From positions 1-40,858 of the IMG/VR virus record IMGVR_UViG_3300017650_000017: a DNA stretch of 40,858 nt; one strand, 5' to 3'. Below are positions 6,885 through 15,649 of the stretch, in pieces (positions within the stretch are counted from its first letter, which is position 1; every line of letters starts with the position of its first letter). Under the pieces are notes generated by a model. The model did no database searches and had not been told where the DNA came from. It saw only the letters and a list, made by a program, of their open reading frames with translations. The DNA comes from a virus. Its lineage: Duplodnaviria > Caudoviricetes. A program made the translations under genes and the position numbers.

Positions 6885-7789
6885 GCGACATCGGCCACAA
6901 CGGCGGCCCGCCAATGGCGCCACTTACGGCGAAGGCAAAGGTCGAGCGCATCAAGAGCATTCTTGACCGCGATGATCTCACTGCCATGCAGAAGACGACG
7001 GGCGTTGGGCTTGTTGTGAATGCCGACAAGGATTGGGTCTCCCTCGCATCAACTGCCGACCTGCAGCGCTGGTCGAGCGCGCGGGACCGCGAGACCGTTT
7101 TCCGAGCAACGAGGAAGTTGGACGACGTTGGTATCGTCAGGAAATCGAATGCGAGGGGACAAACTGGGCGCTACGACATTATCCCGCCGAGCGTCATTGA
7201 AGCGGTCGTTGAGGCTTACACCGACCTGAAAAGTGGTCGGGTTGAAGCCGACCACTTGAGCAATGAGTGGTCGGGTGAAACCGGACGGGTTGTGGATCAA
7301 GAACCGGTCGGGTTGAAGCCGACCGCCCAACAAAAAGCAGTCGGGTCTAGCCCGACCAGTCCGAGCAAACCGGTCGGGTTGAAGCCGACCGGTCGGGTTG
7401 AAGCCGACCACTTGCCACCAGGCGCCTCGCGCGCGCGTATAGAAACTACCCTTCGGGTAGTTACTCCTAACCTAGAAGATATATCCCCCCTTTACCCCCC
7501 AAGCGACGAGCAGAGGGTCACGTTTGAAAATGGACGATTGGGCCTCTGCGAGGACCTGCGAGCATTTTGGCTGCAGAGGTTCGGTGACGAGGAGCTCCTA
7601 GACCTCGCGCTAATTCAAGCCGCTGGCTACGTGCAGGTCAATTCGTCAAGGCCGCTTGAGGCGCAGGTGTCGGCTCAGTTGGCGCGGCGTGCGGCTGATA
7701 AGCGTGATCGTGATGCGCGGTACGCCGCTGCGGTGGCAACCAACAAATCACCCAAGAAAAAATTCAAACCGTCACGGTGGGCCGACTGA
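6881..7789 (+). CDS. Phage replication initiator (lambda O-like, N-terminal wHTH, internal iterons)
   Basis: N-terminal wHTH-like (RETVFRATRKLDDVGIV), repeat-coded linker, ISPLYPP motif, upstream of the helicase. Confidence 0.8.
   Translation: MSDIGHNGGPPMAPLTAKAKVERIKSILDRDDLTAMQKTTGVGLVVNADKDWVSLASTADLQRWSSARDRETVFRATRKLDDVGIVRKSNARGQTGRYDIIPPSVIEAVVEAYTDLKSGRVEADHLSNEWSGETGRVVDQEPVGLKPTAQQKAVGSSPTSPSKPVGLKPTGRVEADHLPPGASRARIETTLRVVTPNLEDISPLYPPSDEQRVTFENGRLGLCEDLRAFWLQRFGDEELLDLALIQAAGYVQVNSSRPLEAQVSAQLARRAADKRDRDARYAAAVATNKSPKKKFKPSRWAD
7231..7413. repeat. Replication origin iterons (palindromic 19-mer GGTCGGGTTGAAGCCGACC)
   Basis: Exact copies at 7235, 7306, 7372 and 7391; degenerate copies at 7269 and 7339; followed by hairpin 7444-7462 and an AT-richer tract. 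Confidence 0.85.
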
Positions 7790-8970
7790 TGGACGGGCAT
7801 GACGTAAACGCAAGCGCGCTAGTTATCGTCTCGTGTCAGGCCCACGAGCGGGCGGTCCGTGAGATCGGCGCTATTCATGTGGCTATCGTCGACCCGCTGC
7901 GCGGTGGTGAGCAGGTCTCGACGCTCGTGCCGTCCACCGGTGATTTCGGGCTGGCGATAGGGTTCGATTTTCCGAACTACGTGCTCGCCCTGCCTGCGAA
8001 GCTCGGGGAGTTGCGCGATGACATCGCGATTCGCCTGGGCGATGAGAAATGCCGCTGGTTCGACTGGCCATTTGGTGGCGGCGATGACGATCTGATCAAC
8101 GCCATGATGTCCGCTCGCCCGATGTGGACCGACGAGCTGGCAACACTCGACGACATCCCGGAGCCGGGTGAGTTGCGGACTTACGAGTGCGGGATGCCAG
8201 CTCTTGACGAGCACGGATTTCGCATCGAGCTGCCTGCGTTCATGTCGGTGATCGGCCCCTATGGGTCAGGCAAGAGCGTGTTGCTGCGCCAGCTCCTAGT
8301 CAACCTTTGGAAGCTGCACGGATGGCGTTGCTTGCTCACGAGCTTCGAAGAGCGTGTGAAGCCTCGCTACCACGTCGACCTAAGGCGTCACATGCTCAAC
8401 TGCCGCATCCAGGATGCGGATGAACGAGACCTCGCAATGGTCGATGCGGAGATCCGGCAAGGGTTCGTGTTCCTGCGCCGGAAGCGCAACGCCACGCTGG
8501 ATTTGGAGCGGCTGCTGAATCGAATTGAGTTCGCGGTTCGCGTCTACGGCGTGAAGGTCGTGGCGATCGATCCTGTCAACGAGATCGACCACCAGGTGCC
8601 CAAGGGCGAGAGCAAGACCGACTACATGGGCCGCTTCATCATGAAGCTGAAGGCTCTCGCTGATGACTATGGACTGCTGATGATCTGCTGCGCGCACCCG
8701 CCGAAGGACGGCGTGGAGAAGCGCCTTTCAAAGCGCGGACTGCTCACGCTGAACGATGGTGCCGATACCGCGCATTGGGGAAACAAGTCTGACATCGGCT
8801 GGTGTGTTTGGCGCAATCTCGACGGCCCCACGATGCTGCACATCGACAAGCTCAAGTGCCACGACACGATGGGCAAGCCGACATTAGCTGAGTTGGTTTT
8901 GGACAAGGAGATGGGCCGGTTTTGCGTCGCCCGCATGGGATACGATATTTTAGAGGACGACGACGAATGA
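7789..8970 (+). CDS. SF4 replicative helicase (T7 gp4/Twinkle-like) with degenerate TOPRIM N-terminus
   Basis: Walker A GPYGSGKS, SFEE, Walker B VVAIDPVN, AHPPK, G...W.NKSD.G. Confidence 0.88.
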   Translation: MDGHDVNASALVIVSCQAHERAVREIGAIHVAIVDPLRGGEQVSTLVPSTGDFGLAIGFDFPNYVLALPAKLGELRDDIAIRLGDEKCRWFDWPFGGGDDDLINAMMSARPMWTDELATLDDIPEPGELRTYECGMPALDEHGFRIELPAFMSVIGPYGSGKSVLLRQLLVNLWKLHGWRCLLTSFEERVKPRYHVDLRRHMLNCRIQDADERDLAMVDAEIRQGFVFLRRKRNATLDLERLLNRIEFAVRVYGVKVVAIDPVNEIDHQVPKGESKTDYMGRFIMKLKALADDYGLLMICCAHPPKDGVEKRLSKRGLLTLNDGADTAHWGNKSDIGWCVWRNLDGPTMLHIDKLKCHDTMGKPTLAELVLDKEMGRFCVARMGYDILEDDDE

Positions 8971-9281
8971 CAATGGTTTGTTCTGTTGCGAGGGGTGACG
9001 ACACTCTCACCCGCAGGGATTGGGAATATCTCTCGCTATGCCTAGGCCGCTTCGGTCAGCGCATGTGGCTTAAGCCTGGGGCTATTCAGTACCTCTGGGT
9101 CGTTCGGAAAGAGAGCGACCGCTGGCAGGTGAGCCTTTGGAGCGGCAACCTCTATTGGCTCCGATTGGATGGCCTGATCGTGAAGCCAGACCTCGACTTG
9201 GGGACTCCAGTCGTACGCAGGATCGGAAGTGGTCACATCGCGCAGTACTACCGCTTTGAGCGGCCGATGGTGCTGCAATGA
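8967..9281 (+). CDS. Hypothetical protein
   Basis: ATGA-coupled to the helicase. Confidence 0.55.
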   Translation: MTMVCSVARGDDTLTRRDWEYLSLCLGRFGQRMWLKPGAIQYLWVVRKESDRWQVSLWSGNLYWLRLDGLIVKPDLDLGTPVVRRIGSGHIAQYYRFERPMVLQ

Positions 9282-9376
9282 CCGAACGCCAGATAGACAT
9301 CGAGGAAGCGATTGAGGCTGCAAAGGCCAGTGCGAGCGAAACGCAGAAAGCGAAAAGTGATGCGTCCCCTGAATAG
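9278..9376 (+). CDS. 32-aa hypothetical peptide
   Basis: ATGA-coupled MTERQIDIEEAIEAAKASASETQKAKSDASPE. Confidence 0.35.
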   Translation: MTERQIDIEEAIEAAKASASETQKAKSDASPE

Positions 9377-9400
9377 CCGGGGGATTACGGCTTTGCGGCT

Positions 9401-9429
9401 TAGAAACTGGATTAGCATTCTGGTATAAG
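9401..9429 (+). promoter_or_regulatory. Possible promoter for the methyltransferase cluster
   Basis: TAGAAA-17-TATAAG with TG extension in an AT-richer intergenic gap. Confidence 0.35.
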
Positions 9430-9532
9430 TACCCGCAAATACTGTGATTCCCCGAGCGGGAACATTCTCCGATTTAGTGCCAGTCTAGTTGCGTCGCGTG
9501 CGTGAACGGGAACACGAGACGGAACGTATTTG

Positions 9533-10462
9533 ATGGCGAAAGGCCCGACAGTCCGTGAATTGAAGCGCCAGGCTAAGGCGGCGCGTATCCGTGGCTATTC
9601 GCGGATGCGCAAGGCCGAGCTGTTGGCGGCGCTCGGCTCGCTCGTTTCGTTCCCAAAGAAGACGCTGGCGGATTTCCGTACTGAAGTGATCGGTGGCGTC
9701 ACGCTGATACTAGGCGATTGTCGTGACGTCATGCCGTTGCTGGACCCGGTAGATCACGTCATCAGCGATCCGCCATATGAAGCGCACATGCATGACGCGA
9801 AGCGCGGCGAAAAGATCTACGGCGCACGCCAGCGCATCCGCATTGACGGCCACGCAAACCCACCTCCAGTTGATTTTGCCAGCATCGACGGCATGCGTGA
9901 GTTTGTATCGCGCGAAATGGTCCGCCTGTCCAAAGGCTGGCTGCTCGTGTTCTGCACTCCTGAAGGTGTTGCGCCGTGGCGGGATGCGATCGAGGCGACG
10001 GGTGCCAAGTACAAGCGCGCCTGTGTGTGGATTAAACCCGACAGCGCTCCCCAATTTAACGGCCAGGGCCCGGCAATGGGTGCGGAGATGTTCTGCGCCG
10101 CATGGTGTGGCCGTGGGCACAGCTCTTGGAACGGTGGCGGTCGGCGCAATGTCTTCACGCACCCGTGCCAGCCAACAGACAGGACCGGCGAGCATCCGAC
10201 CGAAAAACCTCTATCGCTCATGGGCGAGCTGGTTAGCCTGTTCACCCAGCCCGATCAGGTCGTGCTCGATCCGTTTGCGGGTTCGGGTTCAACCCTTGTG
10301 GCATCCGCAAAGCTAGGCCGCCGTGCCATCGGCATCGAGGTCGATCCGGAGTATTTCGACCTCTCATGTCGGCGCGTTCGTGTGGCGTATGCGCAGCCGG
10401 ATTTCTTCGTGCCGGCCACCTCGTCCAAACCGAAACAGGTCAACATGCTGGAGGCGCTATGA
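9533..10462 (+). CDS. Orphan DNA N6A/N4C methyltransferase (beta class) with N-terminal Rho_N/HeH-like domain
   Basis: GDC, SDPPY (motif IV), HPTEKP, LDPFAGSGS (motif I); N-terminus TVRELKRQAKAARIRGYSRMRKAELLAAL. Confidence 0.92.
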   Translation: MAKGPTVRELKRQAKAARIRGYSRMRKAELLAALGSLVSFPKKTLADFRTEVIGGVTLILGDCRDVMPLLDPVDHVISDPPYEAHMHDAKRGEKIYGARQRIRIDGHANPPPVDFASIDGMREFVSREMVRLSKGWLLVFCTPEGVAPWRDAIEATGAKYKRACVWIKPDSAPQFNGQGPAMGAEMFCAAWCGRGHSSWNGGGRRNVFTHPCQPTDRTGEHPTEKPLSLMGELVSLFTQPDQVVLDPFAGSGSTLVASAKLGRRAIGIEVDPEYFDLSCRRVRVAYAQPDFFVPATSSKPKQVNMLEAL

Positions 10463-10896
10463 TGGTCAAGGTCGTTTACAACGCTGACTATGGCGGATTT
10501 TCGCTTAGCGAGCGTGCCGTGCTGCGTTACGCGGAAATCAAAGGGTTGACTCTCTACCCAGAGAAAGAGCCGCGGTTTGGCTTCACGTACTACTGGCTTG
10601 CTCCACCTGACGAACGAGATAGCATCGTTTCGGATGAAGACTGGTGGAAGGTCTCCGACGAAGACCGGGTCGCTTCGAACAAGAGATACGCAGAGCTAGT
10701 TTTGGAGCCGCGCGAGATCAGTCGCACCGATCCTGTTCTTGTTCGTGTTGTCGAAGAACTAGGGGAAAGCGCCAACGGTGAGCATGCGCGCCTCCGCGTG
10801 GCTGAAGTGACCGCAGGAGTACGTTACCGCATTGACGAATACGACGGGCGTGAAAGCGTGATGACCGTCGATGACTACGAATGGATGATGGCTTAG
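10459..10896 (+). CDS. Conserved phage protein of unknown function
   Basis: KVVYN.DYGGFSLS...RTDPVLVRVVEELG..ANG...L......YRIDEYDGRESV, a widespread phage pattern. Confidence 0.8.
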   Translation: MMVKVVYNADYGGFSLSERAVLRYAEIKGLTLYPEKEPRFGFTYYWLAPPDERDSIVSDEDWWKVSDEDRVASNKRYAELVLEPREISRTDPVLVRVVEELGESANGEHARLRVAEVTAGVRYRIDEYDGRESVMTVDDYEWMMA

Positions 10897-10917
10897 GGGC
10901 GGGATGGAACGGGCAAG

Positions 10918-12015
10918 ATGACTCCTGCGCAGGCATACGAAACATACGGCTCAAAAGCGGCAGCGGCACGCGCCATGAACATGCCGGTGAGCACGTTCAA
11001 GGACCGCCTGAAGCGCGAGACGCCGCGCGCACGAGCACGGAGCGCCACGGTTCTTTCGTTCCCCCAGTTGCCGGACCCGCGGGAACCCATCGACAAACTG
11101 ATCAAGCGCAGGACGGAGCACTACAACCGCCAGCGGGCGCACAAGGAAGCCGCCACGTGGCAGCAGATCAAGGTCTCCGATAACAAGCCGTTCGGCCTCG
11201 CGCTTATTGGTGACCCGCACCTCGATGACGATGGGTGCGCATGGCCTGCGCTGCTCGATGATGTGGCGATGCTGCGCGACACCGAGGGGCTGTTCGCGGT
11301 CAACATCGGGGATTCGGCTAATAACTGGGTCGGGAGACTGGCCCGATTGTTCGGGAACCAAGAGACGTCACAAACCTCTGCCCGCCAGCTTGTCGAATGG
11401 TTCTTGCTGCACGCTGGGATTAGATGGGCCGCGGTATTGCTCGGCAACCACGACTTGTGGAACGAAGGCGGCGAGATCATCTCCCGCATGTGCGCCAACG
11501 CGAAGGTAACTATCCCGGTTCACGAGTGGGCGGCGCGTGTCGAGTTCGTGTTCCCGAACGGCGCCAACTGCCGCGCGTCTCTCGCGCACGACTTCAAAGG
11601 ACGCAGCATCTACTCCACGACGCATGGGCCACTGCGCGAGGCCATCTGGCACCAGGACGGTGCGCACCTGCTTGCGGCGGGTCACATTCATTACGGTGGA
11701 CTGCAGCAGGTCGAACTGCCGGGCGGTCACGCACCGTGGCTGGTCCGCGTCCGTGGCTATAAGGACCACGATCACTTCGCTCTGCACAACGGCTTTCATG
11801 AGGGCCAGCGCTTCCGCTCTGCCGTCGCGATTATCGATCCGAACGCACCTGGTCACGAGCGCTGCATGTTGTTCCCGTCGATCAAGCAGGGCGCCGCAGT
11901 GCTCACGGCCATGCGCGAGGGGCACGCAACAGTACGGCCAATCGCGGAGCGTAAAGCAGCGTCGCGGAAGAGAGCTTCCTCGCGCCGCAATCGGAACCGG
12001 ATGGCAGCCGCATGA
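10918..12015 (+). CDS. Calcineurin-like metallophosphoesterase with N-terminal HTH
   Basis: GDPH, IGD, GNHD, AH and GHIH motifs; N-terminal GSKAAAARAMNMPVSTFKDRL. Confidence 0.88.
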   Translation: MTPAQAYETYGSKAAAARAMNMPVSTFKDRLKRETPRARARSATVLSFPQLPDPREPIDKLIKRRTEHYNRQRAHKEAATWQQIKVSDNKPFGLALIGDPHLDDDGCAWPALLDDVAMLRDTEGLFAVNIGDSANNWVGRLARLFGNQETSQTSARQLVEWFLLHAGIRWAAVLLGNHDLWNEGGEIISRMCANAKVTIPVHEWAARVEFVFPNGANCRASLAHDFKGRSIYSTTHGPLREAIWHQDGAHLLAAGHIHYGGLQQVELPGGHAPWLVRVRGYKDHDHFALHNGFHEGQRFRSAVAIIDPNAPGHERCMLFPSIKQGAAVLTAMREGHATVRPIAERKAASRKRASSRRNRNRMAAA

Positions 12016-12230
12016 CACAGGAATCCGTTCTGGCCTTGCTTGGCATCGGCAGTTTCGTCGTTAGCTGGGTGTGTCTATGGCTCGCAAAGCGGGCTGAAGA
12101 TCATGCCGAGAGATTACTTCGCGAACACCGGCAGACCAACCTCGAGTTCGGAGAGGCCATCGAGTTGATGATGTACGGCGCGCACGACGAGGCCGTTGAA
12201 GTCTGCCGTCGATGGATGGAGCGAGCATGA
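12012..12230 (+). CDS. Small protein with N-terminal TM helix
   Basis: ATGA-coupled; hydrophobic N-terminus. Confidence 0.6.
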   Translation: MTQESVLALLGIGSFVVSWVCLWLAKRAEDHAERLLREHRQTNLEFGEAIELMMYGAHDEAVEVCRRWMERA

Positions 12231-12463
12231 AGCCCTCCCCCAACAAATTCCACGTCATGCGCTTGATGGATGCCGGTGAAGCGATTGCATGCCCATGGCT
12301 GCCGAAGCACTTGGCTGAAAAGCTAGCCGCAGTGCTCAACGATATCGAAGACGACAGGGCCGCTCGAAATTTCGGTGAGGATGGCACTGCCGCGAGAGCG
12401 CAAGGCGTGGGCGATTTCTACCACGTGGTGGAGGCCAAGAGAGCGAAGCGAGGCACGGCATGA
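12227..12463 (+). CDS. Hypothetical protein
   Basis: ATGA-coupled MKPSPNKFHVM... Confidence 0.6.
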   Translation: MKPSPNKFHVMRLMDAGEAIACPWLPKHLAEKLAAVLNDIEDDRAARNFGEDGTAARAQGVGDFYHVVEAKRAKRGTA

Positions 12464-12690
12464 CCGACGCACCGAAGCCCGCACAGCCCATCCCTCCCAT
12501 GCCTGGAACGATGTGGCTCTTGGGAAGGCTGATCGCGGAGAAGCTCGCGGAGAAGGAACGGGAGACCATTACCGAACAGGGCAAGGCCATAGAGGCCGCA
12601 GAGCGCTCGTTGGAGCGTGAGTTCCGCAAGCAGATGGAGCGGGAGACTGAGAAGATGGAGGGGCATCATGCCGAAACCCATAACGATTGA
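12460..12690 (+). CDS. Hypothetical protein
   Basis: ATGA-coupled; coiled-coil C-terminal half. Confidence 0.55.
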   Translation: MTDAPKPAQPIPPMPGTMWLLGRLIAEKLAEKERETITEQGKAIEAAERSLEREFRKQMERETEKMEGHHAETHND

Positions 12691-12928
12691 AATTCCCGTC
12701 GTCGTCGGGAGCAATGGTAAGTGGTCTGCGATGGGTCATGATGGACTTGCCGATCCGCGTAAGGACGCGGACTGGGGGTTCATGGCCGAGAATCTCGATA
12801 GTTCTGGGCCACGAGACAAAGACCCGATCTGGCCGGATTCCGAAGTGCGCTTCATTGTCCGCGCCACGGTCTATGTGCCTGACGATGCGCCTGTCGCTGT
12901 GGTCGGCACGGCTGTTGGCGCAGAATAA
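12668..12928 (+). CDS. Hypothetical protein
   Basis: GGAGGG RBS; MPKPITIEIPVVVGSNGKWSAMG. Confidence 0.6.
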   Translation: MPKPITIEIPVVVGSNGKWSAMGHDGLADPRKDADWGFMAENLDSSGPRDKDPIWPDSEVRFIVRATVYVPDDAPVAVVGTAVGAE

Positions 12929-12937
12929 GGGCGATCC

Positions 12938-13291
12938 ATGCGCCGTCTAATCGCCAAGCGCCTCGTCGTCATCGAGACTCCATACGCCGGAGACGTGGCC
13001 GCCAACGTCGAGTACGCGCGCGCTTGTATGCTCGATAGCCTCAAGAGGCAGGAGGCCCCGTTTTTGAGCCACCTGCTTTATCCGCAGCCCGGCATCCTCG
13101 ACGACAGCGCACCAGACGAGCGCGAGCTAGGGATGCTTGCAGGTTTCGCATGGGGCGACATGGCGGATGCTCGTGTCTGTTACGTCGATAGAGGCACGAG
13201 CCCCGGCATGGCGCGCGCAATTAAACGCTCCGAGCAGCTAGGGCAGCCGGTCGAATACAGGACATTGGGAGGTGGGGATGGCTCCACGTAA
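12938..13291 (+). CDS. DUF4406/DUF7768-like protein (nucleoside deoxyribosyltransferase-like fold)
   Basis: VVIETPYAGDV..NVEYARAC..DSL.R.EAPFLSHLLYPQ...LDD....ER.LG ... S.GM. Confidence 0.75.
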   Translation: MRRLIAKRLVVIETPYAGDVAANVEYARACMLDSLKRQEAPFLSHLLYPQPGILDDSAPDERELGMLAGFAWGDMADARVCYVDRGTSPGMARAIKRSEQLGQPVEYRTLGGGDGST

Positions 13292-13745
13292 AAAACAATT
13301 CGTGCCGTACGAGAGCGCGACCAGTGGGGATGCGGCACGCGGTGAAATCTCGAAGCTGCTGTGTCGCTTCGGCGCCGAGAAGGTCGGCTTCATGGATGAT
13401 TTCTCACAGCAGTCTGTAATACTGCAATTTGTGCACCGTGGCAGGCCCGTCGTGCTGAAGGCATCGGCAAAGGGCTGGGCAACACTGTTTCTCAAGGCGC
13501 GCCCTTGGAACAGCCGAACGCGCAAGACGCGTGCGGACTATGAGAAGAAGGCGCTGGCCCAGGGGTTCGTCGCGATCAACTCCATTCTCCGTGATTGGGT
13601 GAAGGGGCAAATCACCGCCGTTGAGTGCGGGATGATGGATTTTGAGGCAGTGTTCATGCCGCACATGATCGCATCGGACGGTCGCTCAGTCATTGAGCAC
13701 ATTCGATCATCAAAGATGCTTCCGCCGCCTGAAGCGCGCGCGTGA
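13278..13745 (+). CDS. Conserved phage protein
   Basis: YESATSG..ARGEI.KLL.RFGA...GFMDD ... SILRDWVKGQITAVECG...FEAVFMP. Confidence 0.8.
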   Translation: MAPRKKQFVPYESATSGDAARGEISKLLCRFGAEKVGFMDDFSQQSVILQFVHRGRPVVLKASAKGWATLFLKARPWNSRTRKTRADYEKKALAQGFVAINSILRDWVKGQITAVECGMMDFEAVFMPHMIASDGRSVIEHIRSSKMLPPPEARA

Positions 13746-13755
13746 GGGACCAACA

Positions 13756-13965
13756 ATGGCCAGCACACCCAAACCTAAGCGCCCAGCACCAAGAGACACA
13801 GACCGGCAGCTCCGTGAGCGCATCGCATTGGCCTACGCTCCGATAGAGCCACGAACATCGAAGGATCATATCGAGTTCCTGGTTGATGTTTTCCGCTGGG
13901 TGAAGACGGGGAACGTACCTGGAGAAAAGCCGAAGCTCGAAGTGCACGAGGGAGGGAAGGGATAA
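13756..13965 (+). CDS. Hypothetical protein
   Basis: GAGGGA RBS; MASTPKPKRPAP... Confidence 0.6.
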   Translation: MASTPKPKRPAPRDTDRQLRERIALAYAPIEPRTSKDHIEFLVDVFRWVKTGNVPGEKPKLEVHEGGKG

Positions 13966-13968
13966 CCC

Positions 13969-14502
13969 ATGCGCCACTACATCGCCATCGCCTCTCTCGC
14001 GATGTTCTTCTCTGCCGGTAGTCACGCAGAAGACTGGTCGCTCAGCACGTGGCAGCACGGACCACGCTCGCAGGTCGCCTATGAGGCTTCGAGCATCAGC
14101 AAAGCTCAGCCGAAGTGGAGGGCAACCGCGCACCGTCACCGGCAGCGCAGGCCAGCACCCGGCAAGGGTTCCGACCAGATCGTAACCCCTGAGCACCGCG
14201 AGGTTCGCCTCTATCGTGCCGAGGACAAGCCGGGTCACCAGGGCGTAAAGTGCCAGCCGCAGGTTCGAGGTCTTGGAACACAGTGGATCGGCACTCAGGG
14301 TGCGCTCGACGCCGCAAAGAAGGATTGGATGGAGCACGTGCGCTATGATCTTGGCGAGTCATACCTCGATCTTTCGCACGCCGAAGAGTTCGTATCACGC
14401 TGCGGTCGCGTCTCGATCGGCGAGGCCATGGGGCAGGTCATGTACCGCTGCGAGATCCTGGCCAAGCCGTGCAAGGCGCCGTTCGGAACCACCCAGAAAT
14501 AG
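13969..14502 (+). CDS. Secreted Cys-containing protein
   Basis: Signal peptide MRHYIAIASLAMFFSAGSHA; four Cys in the C-terminal domain. Confidence 0.7.
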   Translation: MRHYIAIASLAMFFSAGSHAEDWSLSTWQHGPRSQVAYEASSISKAQPKWRATAHRHRQRRPAPGKGSDQIVTPEHREVRLYRAEDKPGHQGVKCQPQVRGLGTQWIGTQGALDAAKKDWMEHVRYDLGESYLDLSHAEEFVSRCGRVSIGEAMGQVMYRCEILAKPCKAPFGTTQK

Positions 14503-14522
14503 GCGATTGGCAAGGAACTGCA

Positions 14523-14828
14523 ATGACGAACGACAACGATGCCGTCACACCCGCCGCAATGGCAGACACCGCAGCCGGGTGGCAGCCAATTGGGACCGCG
14601 CCGAAAAACACGCCTATCATCGTCCACGGTTACAATATCGTTGGCCACACGTCCCCTGACGGACCGTATAGACACTACATCACGACGCTCGGCGAGTTGC
14701 ACGATTTCGGTTGCGATGATCTGACCAAGCCGGAATGCTGCGGCATCGTCCAGGGCGTAGTTGAGCACCCGACGCACTGGATGCCGCTGCCGGATGCACC
14801 GGTTGTGGCCAAGGATAGGTTGGAGTGA
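14523..14828 (+). CDS. DUF551-like phage protein
   Basis: WQPIGTAPK ... PTHWMPLPDAP. Confidence 0.8.
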   Translation: MTNDNDAVTPAAMADTAAGWQPIGTAPKNTPIIVHGYNIVGHTSPDGPYRHYITTLGELHDFGCDDLTKPECCGIVQGVVEHPTHWMPLPDAPVVAKDRLE

Positions 14829-15103
14829 CGATGACGCTAGAGGCATGGCTCTGGCTTGCCGTTGTGGCGACTGCCGCCATCTATATTTGGCTGGGCCGAT
14901 CGGTGATCTCTCAGCCCAGATGGAACAGACCGCCCGTGTTCTGGTCGCAACCTATGCTCCTTCTGGCCTGCGCCCTGCCGCTCACGTCGTTCATTGCGAT
15001 AATTGTCGTTGGGTTTGTCCACACCGGTCATGGGTGGCGGTATCTCGCAGCATGCGCTGGTCTGTATGCGTTCTTTGCCGTGAAGCCCCGCCTACTAGAA
15101 TAG
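14825..15103 (+). CDS. Small integral membrane protein (about 3 TM)
   Basis: Three hydrophobic segments; coupled to the upstream stop. Confidence 0.6.
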   Translation: MTMTLEAWLWLAVVATAAIYIWLGRSVISQPRWNRPPVFWSQPMLLLACALPLTSFIAIIVVGFVHTGHGWRYLAACAGLYAFFAVKPRLLE

Positions 15104-15133
15104 GTCGTGGCCGAGGATAGTCTGGAGGTATCC

Positions 15134-15400
15134 ATGACCGGGGCCGATAATGACGACGATCCCGAAGCGGAAGACGCCGAGTTCGCTGCGGCCTGCGCCA
15201 AATTCGCGGACGATCTCATGCAGGCTTTTCGTGAACAGCGCCTCGACGTGATCATAGAGGTGCTGACGACCTGCCTTGCGACCGCAATCGTCTCCGTGTC
15301 GGAAACAGGCGAAGAGGCCAGCGGGCTTGCGGGCAGCGTGGGCGCAGACCTCGCTGAGATGGTCGGGCTTCAGTGGAACGCCAAGCTGGAAGAGCAGTGA
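15134..15400 (+). CDS. Hypothetical acidic helical protein
   Basis: GGAGG RBS before ATG 15134. Confidence 0.6.
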   Translation: MTGADNDDDPEAEDAEFAAACAKFADDLMQAFREQRLDVIIEVLTTCLATAIVSVSETGEEASGLAGSVGADLAEMVGLQWNAKLEEQ

Positions 15401-15415
15401 CGCACCTTTGCGTGC

Positions 15416-15613
15416 TTAGCGCATTGGCCGCCAGTGAGCCTCGCTGCTGACGGAGTAGCACATCCCATCATCGGTCTTGGCCATCGTGGTTGAGCTTTTC
15501 CCCCTCCAGATGACGGAGGTCACGGTAGCTGGCAGCCATTTCCCATTTTGGCGGACAAGAATGCGATCGCCTTCCTTCAGCGATCTAGGGGTCTCGTTGT
15601 ATCGTTCGGGCAT
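15416..15613 (-). CDS. Small SH3/Tudor-like beta protein, probably SOS-regulated
   Basis: GGAGG RBS; LKEGDRILVRQNGKWLPATVTSV; LexA box upstream. Confidence 0.7.
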   Translation of the reverse strand: MPERYNETPRSLKEGDRILVRQNGKWLPATVTSVIWRGKSSTTMAKTDDGMCYSVSSEAHWRPMR

Positions 15614-15649
15614 GGCCTACCTCCGTTTGAAGGCGGCAGGTTAGCCGGA

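Noticed and set aside
7231-7413. CRISPR array
   Set aside because: 19-bp units with 0-52 bp irregular spacing inside a coding gene and no cas genes; fits iterons
9460-9525. LexA box upstream of the methyltransferase
   Set aside because: GAAC pairs are spaced N8 (9510/9522) or have a degenerate second half (GAAC-N7-GATT); not the N7 consensus
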